The notes beneath the pieces are model-generated. The model ran no database searches. It had not been told where the DNA came from and saw only the letters and a list, made by a program, of their open reading frames with translations. From Candidatus Latescibacterota bacterium (GTDB taxonomy: Bacteria > Latescibacterota > UBA2968 > UBA8231), in contig CBDFJF010000001.1 of assembly GCA_965248265.1 (NCBI GenBank), forward strand, positions 768,001 through 832,000: a stretch of DNA of 64,000 bases, written 5' to 3'. A program made the position numbers and the translations under genes. This document shows positions 29,889 to 39,995 of this stretch, in pieces. The stretch's first letter is position 1. Each line of letters opens with the position of its first letter.

Positions 29889-31862
29889 ATGGGAAAAACG
29901 AAAATCATGCCCGACTTAGTCAACGTCAAAGCTACCCAAGTCTCGGCCCCGCCAACCTGGGCGCTTCTGGAGCGCAGGCTCATCAGCCTCATGGAAAAAA
30001 GCGCGCACATGATGAGCAGGAAGTACGCCGAGCGCAGCGGCGCATGGTACTGGTTTGACGACCTGGACGACTACTACGAGCGCTCGTACAACTGGTGCCT
30101 TTTGTACTCAATGGGCGGTGATGAAAGTCTGGTCGACCTGGCATTGAAACACTGGAACGCCACAACCCGACTGTTCGACGACAGAGACAACAACCGCGCC
30201 AATGACCTCGACTACTACCATGGCGTCCACCCCATGAAGTTTAAGCACAACATCCACAACGAGTACTTCAGCATCGCGCATCCCGGAGACGCTGAGTGGC
30301 ACCACATGGGCGAAGGAAACATGGGATTCTACGACCTTGCCTTCGGAGACCCGACGATCTCCGAAAACGTGAGGCGAGCCAGGAGATTCGCCGATATGTT
30401 CCTCGGCGAGGACCCTGAAGCACCGATCTACGATCCCGTCCACAGAATCATTCGCTCTCCCATCCACGGAAGCCTGGGGCCGTACCACAGCGCGACACTG
30501 GAGGTGGTGAAGTCGTTCCTCCAGGGAGGCCACGCCACTTCCCCTGATTGGAAGCCCAAGACGATGGGCGTGCGTGCATCCATATATCCCGCCGTTAAGG
30601 AACTGGAGCCCAACTGGTGGCAGGATCCCAAGCGAGCGGATGAGATCGTCGACCTGTTTAATAAGCTCGTCCTCGACGGCGACTCGGCATGCAACCTGGC
30701 CGCCACCGGTCTCGTGACCAACGCCTACCTCTACACCGGTGACGAGAAGTATAAACGTTGGGTCGTCGAGTACGTCGAGGCGTGGATGGACCGCATCAAG
30801 CAGAACAACGGCATCATCCCCGATAACGTCGGGCCGACAGGCAAGCCGGGCGAGCATCGAGACGGCGTCTGGTGGGGCACCGTATACGGCTGGAACAGCT
30901 ACGTCGGCTGGAGAAATATCTTCCACTCCATCGCGGTGGCCTCGGAGTGTGCCCATCTGCTGACCGGCGATGCGGGATATCTCGATTTGCTGCGATCACA
31001 GATCAAGGTGCTTCTGGACAACGCGATCACCCGAGAGGACGGTCAACTTCTCGTACCCAACAGGGTCACGCCGGACGGTTTCGTCCACGAATACGTCGAG
31101 AAGTGGGACGCTACGTCCTCGACTAACCTGCGCCCGTACGAGTTGGCACACCTCTACCACGCGTCGATGTCCCAGGAAGACTACGACCTGATCCTGCGGG
31201 TCCGGGAGGGCGACGTGGAGCGAGACTGGAACGAAGAGAGAGTCGGTGGCGCGCGCGCGGAATCGGACAGCGAGTACAGCCGCTTCCAGTATTACGACGG
31301 CAAGAACCCAAACTGGCCAGAGAAGGCGCTGAGCCTCCAATACCAACAAGCGTTAGATACGTACCAGCGCATGGCGTCGGACGACCGCAACGTGCCCGAG
31401 ATCATCGCCGACAACCAACAGCCGGCGAACGCTGTATTCACCAAGGTCTTGACGCAGGTGATACTCGGTTCGCCGCAGTACATGTACCACGGCGGTATGC
31501 TCCGCGCCACGGTGCGGTACTACGATGCCGACCGCGTGCGCCCAGGACTGCCACCGGACGTCGCCGCCCTGGTCGACGAGCTGACCGCCGAGTCTGTGGG
31601 AATCCAGCTTGTGAACACCGGCAGGCACGAAACGCGGAACCTGATTGTACAGGCCGGGGCCTTTGGGGAGCACCAGTTCACTCAGGTTCAGTACGACGAT
31701 GGCGAAAGTGTGCACGTCGTGCCGCTCGATGGGAAGTACTTCGCGATAGAGCTACCGCCATCGACCGCGATTCGGGTGGAAGCCGGAATGCGACGGTTTG
31801 CAAACCAGCCCAGCTACGCCTTCCCCTGGCATGGTGACACCATTCCAGTGCCATTTAGATAA
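29889..31862 (+). CDS. Uncharacterised 657-aa protein; paralogue of 961..2964
   Basis: Shared motifs with 961..2964; GGAGG RBS. Confidence 0.85.
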   Translation: MGKTKIMPDLVNVKATQVSAPPTWALLERRLISLMEKSAHMMSRKYAERSGAWYWFDDLDDYYERSYNWCLLYSMGGDESLVDLALKHWNATTRLFDDRDNNRANDLDYYHGVHPMKFKHNIHNEYFSIAHPGDAEWHHMGEGNMGFYDLAFGDPTISENVRRARRFADMFLGEDPEAPIYDPVHRIIRSPIHGSLGPYHSATLEVVKSFLQGGHATSPDWKPKTMGVRASIYPAVKELEPNWWQDPKRADEIVDLFNKLVLDGDSACNLAATGLVTNAYLYTGDEKYKRWVVEYVEAWMDRIKQNNGIIPDNVGPTGKPGEHRDGVWWGTVYGWNSYVGWRNIFHSIAVASECAHLLTGDAGYLDLLRSQIKVLLDNAITREDGQLLVPNRVTPDGFVHEYVEKWDATSSTNLRPYELAHLYHASMSQEDYDLILRVREGDVERDWNEERVGGARAESDSEYSRFQYYDGKNPNWPEKALSLQYQQALDTYQRMASDDRNVPEIIADNQQPANAVFTKVLTQVILGSPQYMYHGGMLRATVRYYDADRVRPGLPPDVAALVDELTAESVGIQLVNTGRHETRNLIVQAGAFGEHQFTQVQYDDGESVHVVPLDGKYFAIELPPSTAIRVEAGMRRFANQPSYAFPWHGDTIPVPFR

Positions 31863-31947
31863 CATCAAGGTGAACTGGATCGATCCGGGCTCACCGCCCA
31901 TCGTTCACAGAGTCCGAACGCACACCGACAGAATAGGGGAGGTTCAA

Positions 31948-32448
31948 GTGGAAGGCGGAATTCCACCTGGTAGCCTGCTTGTCGCTGCAGGCCTGCGTGA
32001 CCCCAACTTCGTGGACACTGTCGTCATCGTGATGCCCGCTGGAGATAGCGAGTACACACCGGGCCTTGTGTTGAATCGCCCCCTCGCCGAGAGCGATGAG
32101 CGCTGGGAGCGAGAGGATCTCAGGGCGATCCTGGGAGGCACCCCGGCACGCGCAGGTCTCGTGTTCGATGGAGGTCCAGTAGATTCGCCGCCAGTTGTCC
32201 TCCACCGTCTGGATGCCATGGGCACACTGGTCGTCGACGATCTGTACGCCGGGCCCGACCCCAAAGCTCTCAGTCGCGCTCTTCAGCAGAACACTGGCGA
32301 CATCAGGATATACCTCGGGTACGTCTGTTGGGGCCCTGGGCAACTCCAGGGCGAGATGTCGAAGGGTGCCTGGCGGTTGGCGCCTTCGAACTCTGAGGTA
32401 CCGTTCATGGACCCAGGCGAGATTCTTGGCAGGTTCCGCCGGGCTTAA
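31948..32448 (+). CDS. YqgE/AlgH (DUF179) family protein
   Basis: DPNFVDTVV, GLVLNRP, GGPV, YLGYVCWGPGQLQGEMSKGAW. Confidence 0.88.
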   Translation: MEGGIPPGSLLVAAGLRDPNFVDTVVIVMPAGDSEYTPGLVLNRPLAESDERWEREDLRAILGGTPARAGLVFDGGPVDSPPVVLHRLDAMGTLVVDDLYAGPDPKALSRALQQNTGDIRIYLGYVCWGPGQLQGEMSKGAWRLAPSNSEVPFMDPGEILGRFRRA

Positions 32449-32868
32449 GCGGGCGTCCACAGACTGATACTGTGCACCCAGCATTCTCCGGGAGGAGAGT
32501 CGATTGAGTCACCACCATACCGTCCGAGTATCTGGGCGTTCTCATCCATCAAGGCAAGGTCCTGCTGGTTCAGCAAGCCGTCGAGAGTCGGTCCTTGTAA
32601 CTACCGGGTGGAAAGCTGGAGCCCGGGGAGACGCTCGCCGACGGGATGGTCCGAGAGATGCGCGAGGAGACATGTCTCGAAGTCCGAATCGTCAAGCAAC
32701 TGTACGTCTGCGACAAGCCCGATGACTGCATCGTTCATGTGACATTCTAGGAGACAGACTCAATAGATGCCTTGAGGCCTCCTACCAACGAGCTCGAGAC
32801 GACTCACTCCCTCGAAGCATCAATGTATCTGTATCGCTGAAGGCCGCATGGCTAAGATTGACCGTCGT

Positions 32869-32911
32869 TGACAGAATCCGATGCTCGCCAGACGGTCTCT
32901 TGTAATTGTTC
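32869..32911 (+). repeat. Dispersed intergenic repeat, copy 2
   Basis: Same 19-mer as 9411. Confidence 0.7.
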
Positions 32912-33095
32912 GACCCCTTCCTCACTCTTGAGTTGGCGAGCAAGATGACGGGCGAACCCTATCCTGATCCACCTCAGTCTGGCTTCCGACTCAGAGCTGC
33001 CTCAGCAGCTGATTTCGAATTCACTTACGATTAAATTCAAGTCGGTCTTAGGCTGCTGACGATGCAGCTCAGTTAATTGGCGTAGAAAGGTTTAT

Positions 33096-34523
33096 TTGCC
33101 TGACCGGGATAAGATGTTAGCACAGCTCACCGACGAGGCGGAGCACCTGCGGCGGGACAGTGCGGCGATGCGCCGGGAGCTGGAAATCGAAGCGGCCCTG
33201 GAGCGCGTGCGTGTCAAGGCGTTGGGGATGCAGAAGAGCGAGGATCTCGTCGAGGTGAGCGGTGTTCTCTTCGAGGAGTTTTCGCGGATGGGAATTTCCC
33301 CGGTGCGCTCGTCGATCACGATCTGGAACGAGGCCGAAGACCAATGGCAGTCCTGGGTGACGCGGACGTTTTCGACGAGGTCGGTAGTGCACGATGATTC
33401 GCTCAAAGAGATTTGCGCCAGATTTCCCGAATATGGGGAAGGGTTCGCGGCCTGGCAGCGAGGAGAGCCGCACTATGTCAGTGAGTTCAGCGGAGAGGAG
33501 CGGATCAATCACCTCCGCTCGGTAAAGGCATTCTACAGCAGATCGGATGAGTGGCTCCAAGAAACGATAGCCAAAACACCCGATTGCTTTTTCATTTATC
33601 AGATCTTCTTTTCACAAGGAAATCTCGAAATCAGTCTGAGTGATTCCATGGGGGAATCGGAGTTGCAGATCGCCAGGCGCTTCGCGGACGTGTTCGACAT
33701 TGCCTACCGGCGCTACGGAGAATTGCAGCAAGCCGAAGCGGCGCGGGTGCAGCTGGAAGAGCAGAACAAGGCGCTGGAGGAGAGCTTGCGCCTGCTGCGC
33801 GAAACGCAAAATCAGATGTTGCAGCAAGAGAAGATGGCTTCGCTGGGCGACCTAGTGGCCGGCGTGGCGCACGAATTGAACACGCCGCTGGGAGCGATCC
33901 GCAGCATGCACGACACGCTGGTGCGGACGGTCGGCAAGCTCAAGGCCGATGCGGCTGATCCCGGCCAGGCGACGATTTTCAAGGTGATCGCCGACGCCGA
34001 TGAATTGATCACCGGAGGCATCGAGCGGGTGAGTTCGATCGTCGCCAGCCTCAAGAACTTCGCACGGTTGGACGAGGCCGAGTTTCAGGTGGTCGACCTG
34101 CACGAGGGCATCGACAGCGCGTTGACCTTGCTCGGCAGCCAGTTGCAGGGTCGGATCGCGGTAGAAAAGGATTACTGCGATATCCCGCCGGTCCGCTGCG
34201 CCCCGGGCCAATTGAACCAGGTCTTCATGCACCTGCTGAAAAACGCGATACAGGCCATCGAGGGCGAGGGGCGAATCGCGATTAACACTTTCGTCGACGG
34301 AGACCAGATCTGTATCTGTTTCAGCGATACGGGCCGGGGCATGGCGCCAGAGCAGGTGGCGCGGCTATTCGATTTCGACTTCCAGGCCGGGGACGGCCGG
34401 GTGAAGATGGGATTCGGCTTGGCCTCCGATCACAAGATCCTCCAGGACCACCGGGGCGAACTGAAGGTGGCCAGCGAGATGGGTCGGGGCACGGAAATGA
34501 CGGTCGTGCTACCGGTGGACTGA
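33096..34523 (+). CDS. Sensor histidine kinase with single GAF-like domain; paralogue of 6816..8840
   Basis: GVAHELNTP, QLNQVFMHLLKNA, DTGRGM, FDFDFQA..KMGFGLA. Confidence 0.9.
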   Translation: MPDRDKMLAQLTDEAEHLRRDSAAMRRELEIEAALERVRVKALGMQKSEDLVEVSGVLFEEFSRMGISPVRSSITIWNEAEDQWQSWVTRTFSTRSVVHDDSLKEICARFPEYGEGFAAWQRGEPHYVSEFSGEERINHLRSVKAFYSRSDEWLQETIAKTPDCFFIYQIFFSQGNLEISLSDSMGESELQIARRFADVFDIAYRRYGELQQAEAARVQLEEQNKALEESLRLLRETQNQMLQQEKMASLGDLVAGVAHELNTPLGAIRSMHDTLVRTVGKLKADAADPGQATIFKVIADADELITGGIERVSSIVASLKNFARLDEAEFQVVDLHEGIDSALTLLGSQLQGRIAVEKDYCDIPPVRCAPGQLNQVFMHLLKNAIQAIEGEGRIAINTFVDGDQICICFSDTGRGMAPEQVARLFDFDFQAGDGRVKMGFGLASDHKILQDHRGELKVASEMGRGTEMTVVLPVD

Positions 34524-34610
34524 CCCGTATCCGGTTCGCATCGCATACTGCGATATTCTTCTAGCGGGTACGCAGTCCCAACCGCTGCGCGGGTTTATGA
34601 GAGCGAGTGA

Positions 34611-34639
34611 TGACCTGCGGATCCTATGTCTGATGTTCA
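34611..34639 (+). repeat. 11-7-11 inverted-arm site, right subtype
   Basis: TGACCTGCGGA-TCCTATG-TCTGATGTTCA. Confidence 0.8.
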
Positions 34640-34689
34640 CATGCGGTCAAGGAGACATTGATCGCAACTGCAGCACTGTGTTCTTATCT

Positions 34690-34875
34690 TCACCGCAGTT
34701 TCCCACCACGCCGTACGCCATACCATTCTATAATAGCTTCCGCGACTTCGTCGATAACCCTATCGGAATCGTAGTAACCCCTTTCGGCTCTTTTCCTGAT
34801 CAACCCCAAACGCTTGCTGTCTGCAGGAGTCACTCCATCATGCAAGGGAGAGATCCCCTGTTCTGGCTTTTCCAT
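34690..34875 (-). CDS. Small FlgM-like (anti-sigma-28 C-terminal-like) protein
   Basis: KRLGLIRKRAERGYYDSDRVIDEVAEAII pattern. Confidence 0.5.
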   Translation of the reverse strand: MEKPEQGISPLHDGVTPADSKRLGLIRKRAERGYYDSDRVIDEVAEAIIEWYGVRRGGKLR

Positions 34876-35130
34876 CTGAAGCCTACGGTGTCTCGCTATT
34901 CCACGTCACACTGTCCTCTTCTTGTTATATCGGCAGGTGCGCTGCTGCCAGAGTACTTCTGCTACATATGATCCGTACCAGGCAGGAACAGAGGGACTGA
35001 GCAACCGGCACCGTTGTCCCTTTCGCCTCTTTTTTGCACATTTCTGTCGACTGAAGTCGGCTGTTGGATCACTTTCGAGGGACACAGGGCTGCTCACGCC
35101 CTGTGAGAAGGCACAGCCTGAGGAACTCTG

Positions 35131-35493
35131 ATGGAAGGAACGTGGTCGATCTCCCTGTGGATGCTGATTACCATCACCGTCGTGATTGCGGTGAAGGTGA
35201 TTACGGGGACCCTTCTGAACCGGAAGAGAAAGGAGCTGTCGGCCATCCGCCAGGAATTGCTGGCCGCCAGGGCGAGATTGGAGCACGCCGATCAACGCCA
35301 TCAGGCTGCCGAGAGCATCATGTCCTTCGGTGAACGACAGAAAGCCGACCTGCGCCACAGGATCGAGCTATGCACGGAAGAGCTGGAGCAACTGACAACA
35401 TCAGGCTCTGAGGGGGAAGTCAAGGAGCGCGTCGACCCGGAGGTGCCGCTTCACATGCGGACAAGAGGAGAGGATCTGTTTGGCGAGAAGTAG
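35131..35493 (+). CDS. Membrane-anchored coiled-coil hypothetical protein
   Basis: N-terminal TM helix followed by a heptad-rich region; GAGG RBS. Confidence 0.7.
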   Translation: MEGTWSISLWMLITITVVIAVKVITGTLLNRKRKELSAIRQELLAARARLEHADQRHQAAESIMSFGERQKADLRHRIELCTEELEQLTTSGSEGEVKERVDPEVPLHMRTRGEDLFGEK

Positions 35494-35765
35494 TGTCCCC
35501 TGGGCACAAGCCAGCCACATGTCAGGCTACCTGTTCGCTCTCATAGAACACTGATTACCGTGCTGCGCAGCAAACTACAGTCATGACTGACAATTCCTTT
35601 ACACAGCAAGCTTACCGTTCGGATAGATGCGTTCGTTGCGGGGCACGTCGACTACACCCGTGCGGACGTAATCCGGCTCGGGATCGATAATGTAATACGA
35701 CGACGGCGGGCGTCACCCTCCGACGCAGCTACGGCAAGACACTGCGAGAAGGTGTCGGTGAGGTT

Positions 35766-36701
35766 CTAACCCGGGGCGCCAAGCTCCGCGCTGTGCCGGC
35801 GGGTGGTTTCTTCGACGAAGCGCTGAAAGATCGCAAAGTTGTGTTCGGTGAAGTGGCAGTAGACGAAAAAACGTCCCTCAACGCGGATCCTGACATACTG
35901 GGCGCCGGCGATGCGGCGAAGCTCTTCGAGACTCACGGGATAGGCCATTTCCTCGTCATAGGAATTGCGACCATAGCCGGGTTGGCCGTAGTAGGGGCGG
36001 CCGTAGCTGTAGTGGCGGGGAAGGACGTTGCCGTAAACGTACGGATACGGATACCCGAGGTAATACCGGACCGGGTAGAGGTCGTAGCGATGAAACCGGC
36101 CAATCTGGGGAGTGGTAAGGTCGTTGAGGGTGACGGGATAGGGTGGGCGGAGGTAGAGATTGTAGTAGGGCCGGTAGTAGTGGCGGTAAATGGCGCTATG
36201 GCGGGGGCGGGAAGACCGCCGATAGCGATGGCGACTACCCACGTGCTGCATTCCTGCGGCATAGAGGACGGCGGCCTTATCGGCCGAGGCGACCCGGACG
36301 GGGGGACCAGTCACGGCGAGTTGACCCGATTCCGCTGAATTTTCCCCGTAACCGTAGCGGTTCTGCTTACCCGAATCGGAGCCACCCAGCGTCATGAAGG
36401 CCATCCGTTCCCCATCCACGAGCAGGACGAGAGATTCTCCCTGCTTGATTTGCAACGGGTGGCGAGCCTCGTACGCTACGTGCAGCAAGTACTGGGGCTC
36501 GCGGTCCGGAGTGAACCGCTCGGAGATGTTCAACTGCACCGATTCGGATCCCTGGTTGCCGCCCAGAAAGTTTTCGACCATGTCGAAGGCGGTGAAGCCG
36601 TCGAATTCGTCGTGGATTTCGTACACCTTGTATTTCGGTCGATGCGAACATCCGCCTGCTATGACGGCCAAGGCAAGCAGGAGAAGAGGAGTTCGGCTCA
36701 C
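35766..36701 (-). CDS. Lipoprotein with Tyr/Arg/Pro-rich low-complexity insertion
   Basis: Lipobox IAGGC; globular N- and C-terminal parts separated by a YYRPYY/YLGYPYPYVYG tract. Confidence 0.75.
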   Translation of the reverse strand: MSRTPLLLLALAVIAGGCSHRPKYKVYEIHDEFDGFTAFDMVENFLGGNQGSESVQLNISERFTPDREPQYLLHVAYEARHPLQIKQGESLVLLVDGERMAFMTLGGSDSGKQNRYGYGENSAESGQLAVTGPPVRVASADKAAVLYAAGMQHVGSRHRYRRSSRPRHSAIYRHYYRPYYNLYLRPPYPVTLNDLTTPQIGRFHRYDLYPVRYYLGYPYPYVYGNVLPRHYSYGRPYYGQPGYGRNSYDEEMAYPVSLEELRRIAGAQYVRIRVEGRFFVYCHFTEHNFAIFQRFVEETTRRHSAELGAPG

Positions 36702-36794
36702 GGTCGACTTCCGAACACAGTGTCCGTCCGTTTTTTGGGGAGTAGGCGGCGGTGCTACATATCAAACGTTCCTGAGTCCGAGACGTTCCGGGTG

Positions 36795-37285
36795 CTACTT
36801 GAGCGAAGCACGGCTGACCTGACAGCCCACACACTGGCCACTGTGCGAGAGGTAGCTCGTGCCGCTGCGCACCTCGCGGACTTGTGTTTTGCCTGCTGCC
36901 GTCAATTCGATCCGGGTGCCGATGCCGTCCCTGTTGCTGCGTGTGCCGACCGTCTTCACGAATAGGTAGTTGTTGGCGTTGCCGCCGTCATTGCGGTAGA
37001 GCGTGTTCGACGGATGCTCACCTCGGAAAAACCGTCGAAGCTGGACCCGTTCGCGACGTAGAGATCTACGTCTCCGTCGTTGTCGTAGTCGAAAAAGGCC
37101 GAACCGCCGATGGAGCCCTCGACGATGTGGCGGAGCTCCTTGCCCGAAGTGCTGAGCGCGTCGACACCGACCTGTGCCGCTACGTCGACGAATTCCACCG
37201 CAATCGAATCGGTCCCAGCTTGGGCAGGTGCTGGGGACGACTGCGTCACCTGGAGGAGTAACGTGACGATCAGGAGCTGTCTCAA
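36795..37285 (-). pseudogene. CRTAC1/ASPIC-UnbV gene with large internal deletion
   Basis: FVDVAAQVG, FFDYDNDGDVDLYVANG, then LYRNDGGNANNYLFVKTVGTRSNRDGIGTRI..QVREVRSGTSYLS. Confidence 0.75.
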
Positions 37286-37462
37286 CTCACTCTCTTGCTG
37301 TGTTTGCTGCTGAGGTGCCTTTGGGCGAGGTTTCGTTGCGGGCAACCAAAGTGCCGTTGTCGAATCTAGTAGCGTAGTTAGAACGCTTCAAACTACCGCC
37401 GGCTTTGGTTTCGACTGCGGACGAGCTTTGACCTCCCAACCAATGCCCACAGGAGGAGCACC

Positions 37463-39019
37463 ATGAGAAAGCCACGGCTGATCTACTACAACGACGGCCA
37501 CCACTACCACGGCAAAAGGGTCGACCCCCCGTTGAGCCTGAGGAAGCTCTACTGGCCGGTCGACGAGGTCGTAGGCACCGGCGTGGAGATGCTGGTGCTT
37601 GGAATGGGCTATGGAGATGTCTACTTCCATCAGAGCAAGATCGGCAGGACCATCGGCGAGGCCAAAGAAGTGTGGGAGAGCTTCATCGATTGGCGGATCA
37701 TGCGCATGGTACGGGATGCCAAGGAGAAGTACGATACGGACCAGTTCCACGAGGTTGTCAAGCGAGGACGGCAACTGGGCATGCCGGTGGTAGCGGGTCT
37801 AAAAATGAACAACGGCCATGCTCCTGGAGCGAACCGCTGTGGCTGGCTCCGGTGGAACAAGGGCAAAGAGGTCTGCCTTGACGAACCGCCGCATGAGTGG
37901 TGCTACGACTACACGAACACGGATGTCATCGAGTACAAGCAAGCCCTGATCCGGGAAATGCTGGAGGACTACGAGACCGATGGGATCGAGCTCGACTTCA
38001 TGTTCACCTCCGTGTTCTTCCGGAAAGCTGAGGTGGACGAAGGCACCCTAGTGATGAACAAGTTCGTCGCCGACGTGAGGCAAATGGCAAACGAAATTGG
38101 CGCGAAGCAAGGGCGTGACATCACCGTGATGGCGCGGGTCTACCACCGGCGAGATGCCAACCTCGAGATAGGTCTCGATGTCGAGACGTGGCTCAAGGAA
38201 CGCAGCGTGGACCTCGTGGTCGGCCAAGTCAAGCCAGTATCCCTCTTAGAAACGGGTGATACACAAGGCCGCTGGATGGCCGACGCCGCCAACGCCGCTG
38301 GCGGGGCCGCCTACCTCCGGCCACCTCTGCTGGTGTACGACGAGCGCACGATCTTCGCACATCCCGACATGTACCGGGCCCTCAGGCAGGCCCTCGACTA
38401 TCAAGGCTTTGCGGGGATGTACTTGGGGTACCTACCGTGGCCCTTTAGTCATACCGAATACCAGATCCTCAGGGAGGTAGCATATCCTGAGGTGATCGCC
38501 CGCCACGACAAGCGGTACATCCTGCAGCCCCGCGAGGCGCAGGTACAAGCCCGAGCGCTGCCAGCCAAGCTCGAGGAGGGCGAGACGGCGCGTATCGACA
38601 TTCTCGTCGGCGACGACCTGGATAGCGCGCGCAACGAACACGAGATGCGCAAGCCTGTGCTGATGATACGGTTTGCCGAGTTCTGCGTGGAAGACGACAT
38701 CGAGATACGATTCAACGGGCAAGTGCTGCCCTTCGAGGACGCCGAGATCACGGACGAGCGGGCCACCCGCATACTGGCGAGGTTGCGTACACCCGGGGTG
38801 GAAGCCCCCGACACCATCGGTGGTTTCTGGTTCCGCTACAGACTCGACCTCGACCTGCTCAAGCAAGGCGACAACACCCTCGAGGTCGAAGCCAGGAGCT
38901 TCGAGAAGACCGCGGGCTTCGACCGTAAGATCAGCGGTGTCGAGATACAGACGCGCTTCAGGGACTTCGTGCGGCCTGAGGGCCTCAGCATCGAGCGCAT
39001 GCCGCCGACAGCGCAGTAG
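37463..39019 (+). CDS. GHL10-like protein
   Basis: LIYYNDG, LKMNN, DGIELDF; AGGAGG RBS. Confidence 0.75.
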   Translation: MRKPRLIYYNDGHHYHGKRVDPPLSLRKLYWPVDEVVGTGVEMLVLGMGYGDVYFHQSKIGRTIGEAKEVWESFIDWRIMRMVRDAKEKYDTDQFHEVVKRGRQLGMPVVAGLKMNNGHAPGANRCGWLRWNKGKEVCLDEPPHEWCYDYTNTDVIEYKQALIREMLEDYETDGIELDFMFTSVFFRKAEVDEGTLVMNKFVADVRQMANEIGAKQGRDITVMARVYHRRDANLEIGLDVETWLKERSVDLVVGQVKPVSLLETGDTQGRWMADAANAAGGAAYLRPPLLVYDERTIFAHPDMYRALRQALDYQGFAGMYLGYLPWPFSHTEYQILREVAYPEVIARHDKRYILQPREAQVQARALPAKLEEGETARIDILVGDDLDSARNEHEMRKPVLMIRFAEFCVEDDIEIRFNGQVLPFEDAEITDERATRILARLRTPGVEAPDTIGGFWFRYRLDLDLLKQGDNTLEVEARSFEKTAGFDRKISGVEIQTRFRDFVRPEGLSIERMPPTAQ

Positions 39020-39067
39020 TATTACGGGCCATGTCACCCCGCAAGTGCCCTATGGAGAGTTGCCGCT

Positions 39068-39952
39068 ATGAATGAATCACACGCCAACACGTCGCGCTCG
39101 ATCACGGAGGACACGGTGGAAATGTCCACTGACGAGAAGTACCTCTTCGACCTGCTCGGATTTGTGGTGGTGCGGGATGTCCTGAGCAGAAAACAGCTCG
39201 AGATAGCCAACGCCGCCATCGATTCCCTGGAGCTCACGCAGGGCCCGGAGCGTTTCGGTGATTCAATTGCCTTGAAGGGCGAAAACAGCTCGACGCGCCT
39301 CGGTGCAGATAAGAACCTGATGGAATTGCCAAGGCCGTTGTGCGATCCGTTCAGGGAGATGTTGGCGCACCCCAAAACCACACCCCACCTCAACACCATC
39401 CTCGGGGAAGGCTGGCGGCTGGACCACGGGCCCGGCCTGATCGCCATGGATAAGGGATGCTCCGGCGGAGGGCTGCATGGCAATTTCGACAACGCACCGT
39501 ATTTTTATCGCGAAGGCAAGATCTTCACCGGCCTCTGTGTCATCGAATACTTGCTCGCCGATGAGGGGCCTGGGGACGGCGGAGTCTGCGTGGTCCCGGG
39601 GAGCCACAAGGCCAACCTGGCGTGCCCGAAAAAGATGCGCACGTGGGAGCAGTACCAGGAATATGTGACGGAGATAAATGCTGTGGCCGGTGATGCCGTC
39701 ATTTTCAGCGAGGCGTGCACCCACGGGACACTCCCGTGGACGGCGGATCACCAGCGCCGGGCCATCCTCTATAAATACAACACCGGCCACATGGCGTGGG
39801 GCGGAGGCCTGCGTGGCTCACTTCCCGCCTACTGGGACGAGCTCACGGCACCCCAGCAGGCGGCCCTGCTGCCCCCCTCGCACCACTCCCGCCGGCCCAA
39901 GCCCAGCAACGGCTACAAAGGCCTCGCTGAGATCACGGATTCTGCGCGATGA
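39068..39952 (+). CDS. PhyH-family dioxygenase
   Basis: EKYLFDLLGFVVV, LHG, GGVCVVPGSHKAN, ACTHGTLPW..RR. Confidence 0.88.
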   Translation: MNESHANTSRSITEDTVEMSTDEKYLFDLLGFVVVRDVLSRKQLEIANAAIDSLELTQGPERFGDSIALKGENSSTRLGADKNLMELPRPLCDPFREMLAHPKTTPHLNTILGEGWRLDHGPGLIAMDKGCSGGGLHGNFDNAPYFYREGKIFTGLCVIEYLLADEGPGDGGVCVVPGSHKANLACPKKMRTWEQYQEYVTEINAVAGDAVIFSEACTHGTLPWTADHQRRAILYKYNTGHMAWGGGLRGSLPAYWDELTAPQQAALLPPSHHSRRPKPSNGYKGLAEITDSAR

Positions 39953-39995
39953 GGTATTGGTCAATACAGCCAGGAAGAATGAGGCGTTCGCAAAG

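Noticed and set aside
32927-32970. Left-subtype site upstream of the second kinase
   Set aside because: Only one arm (GATGACGGGCG) matches; the spacer and other arm do not.
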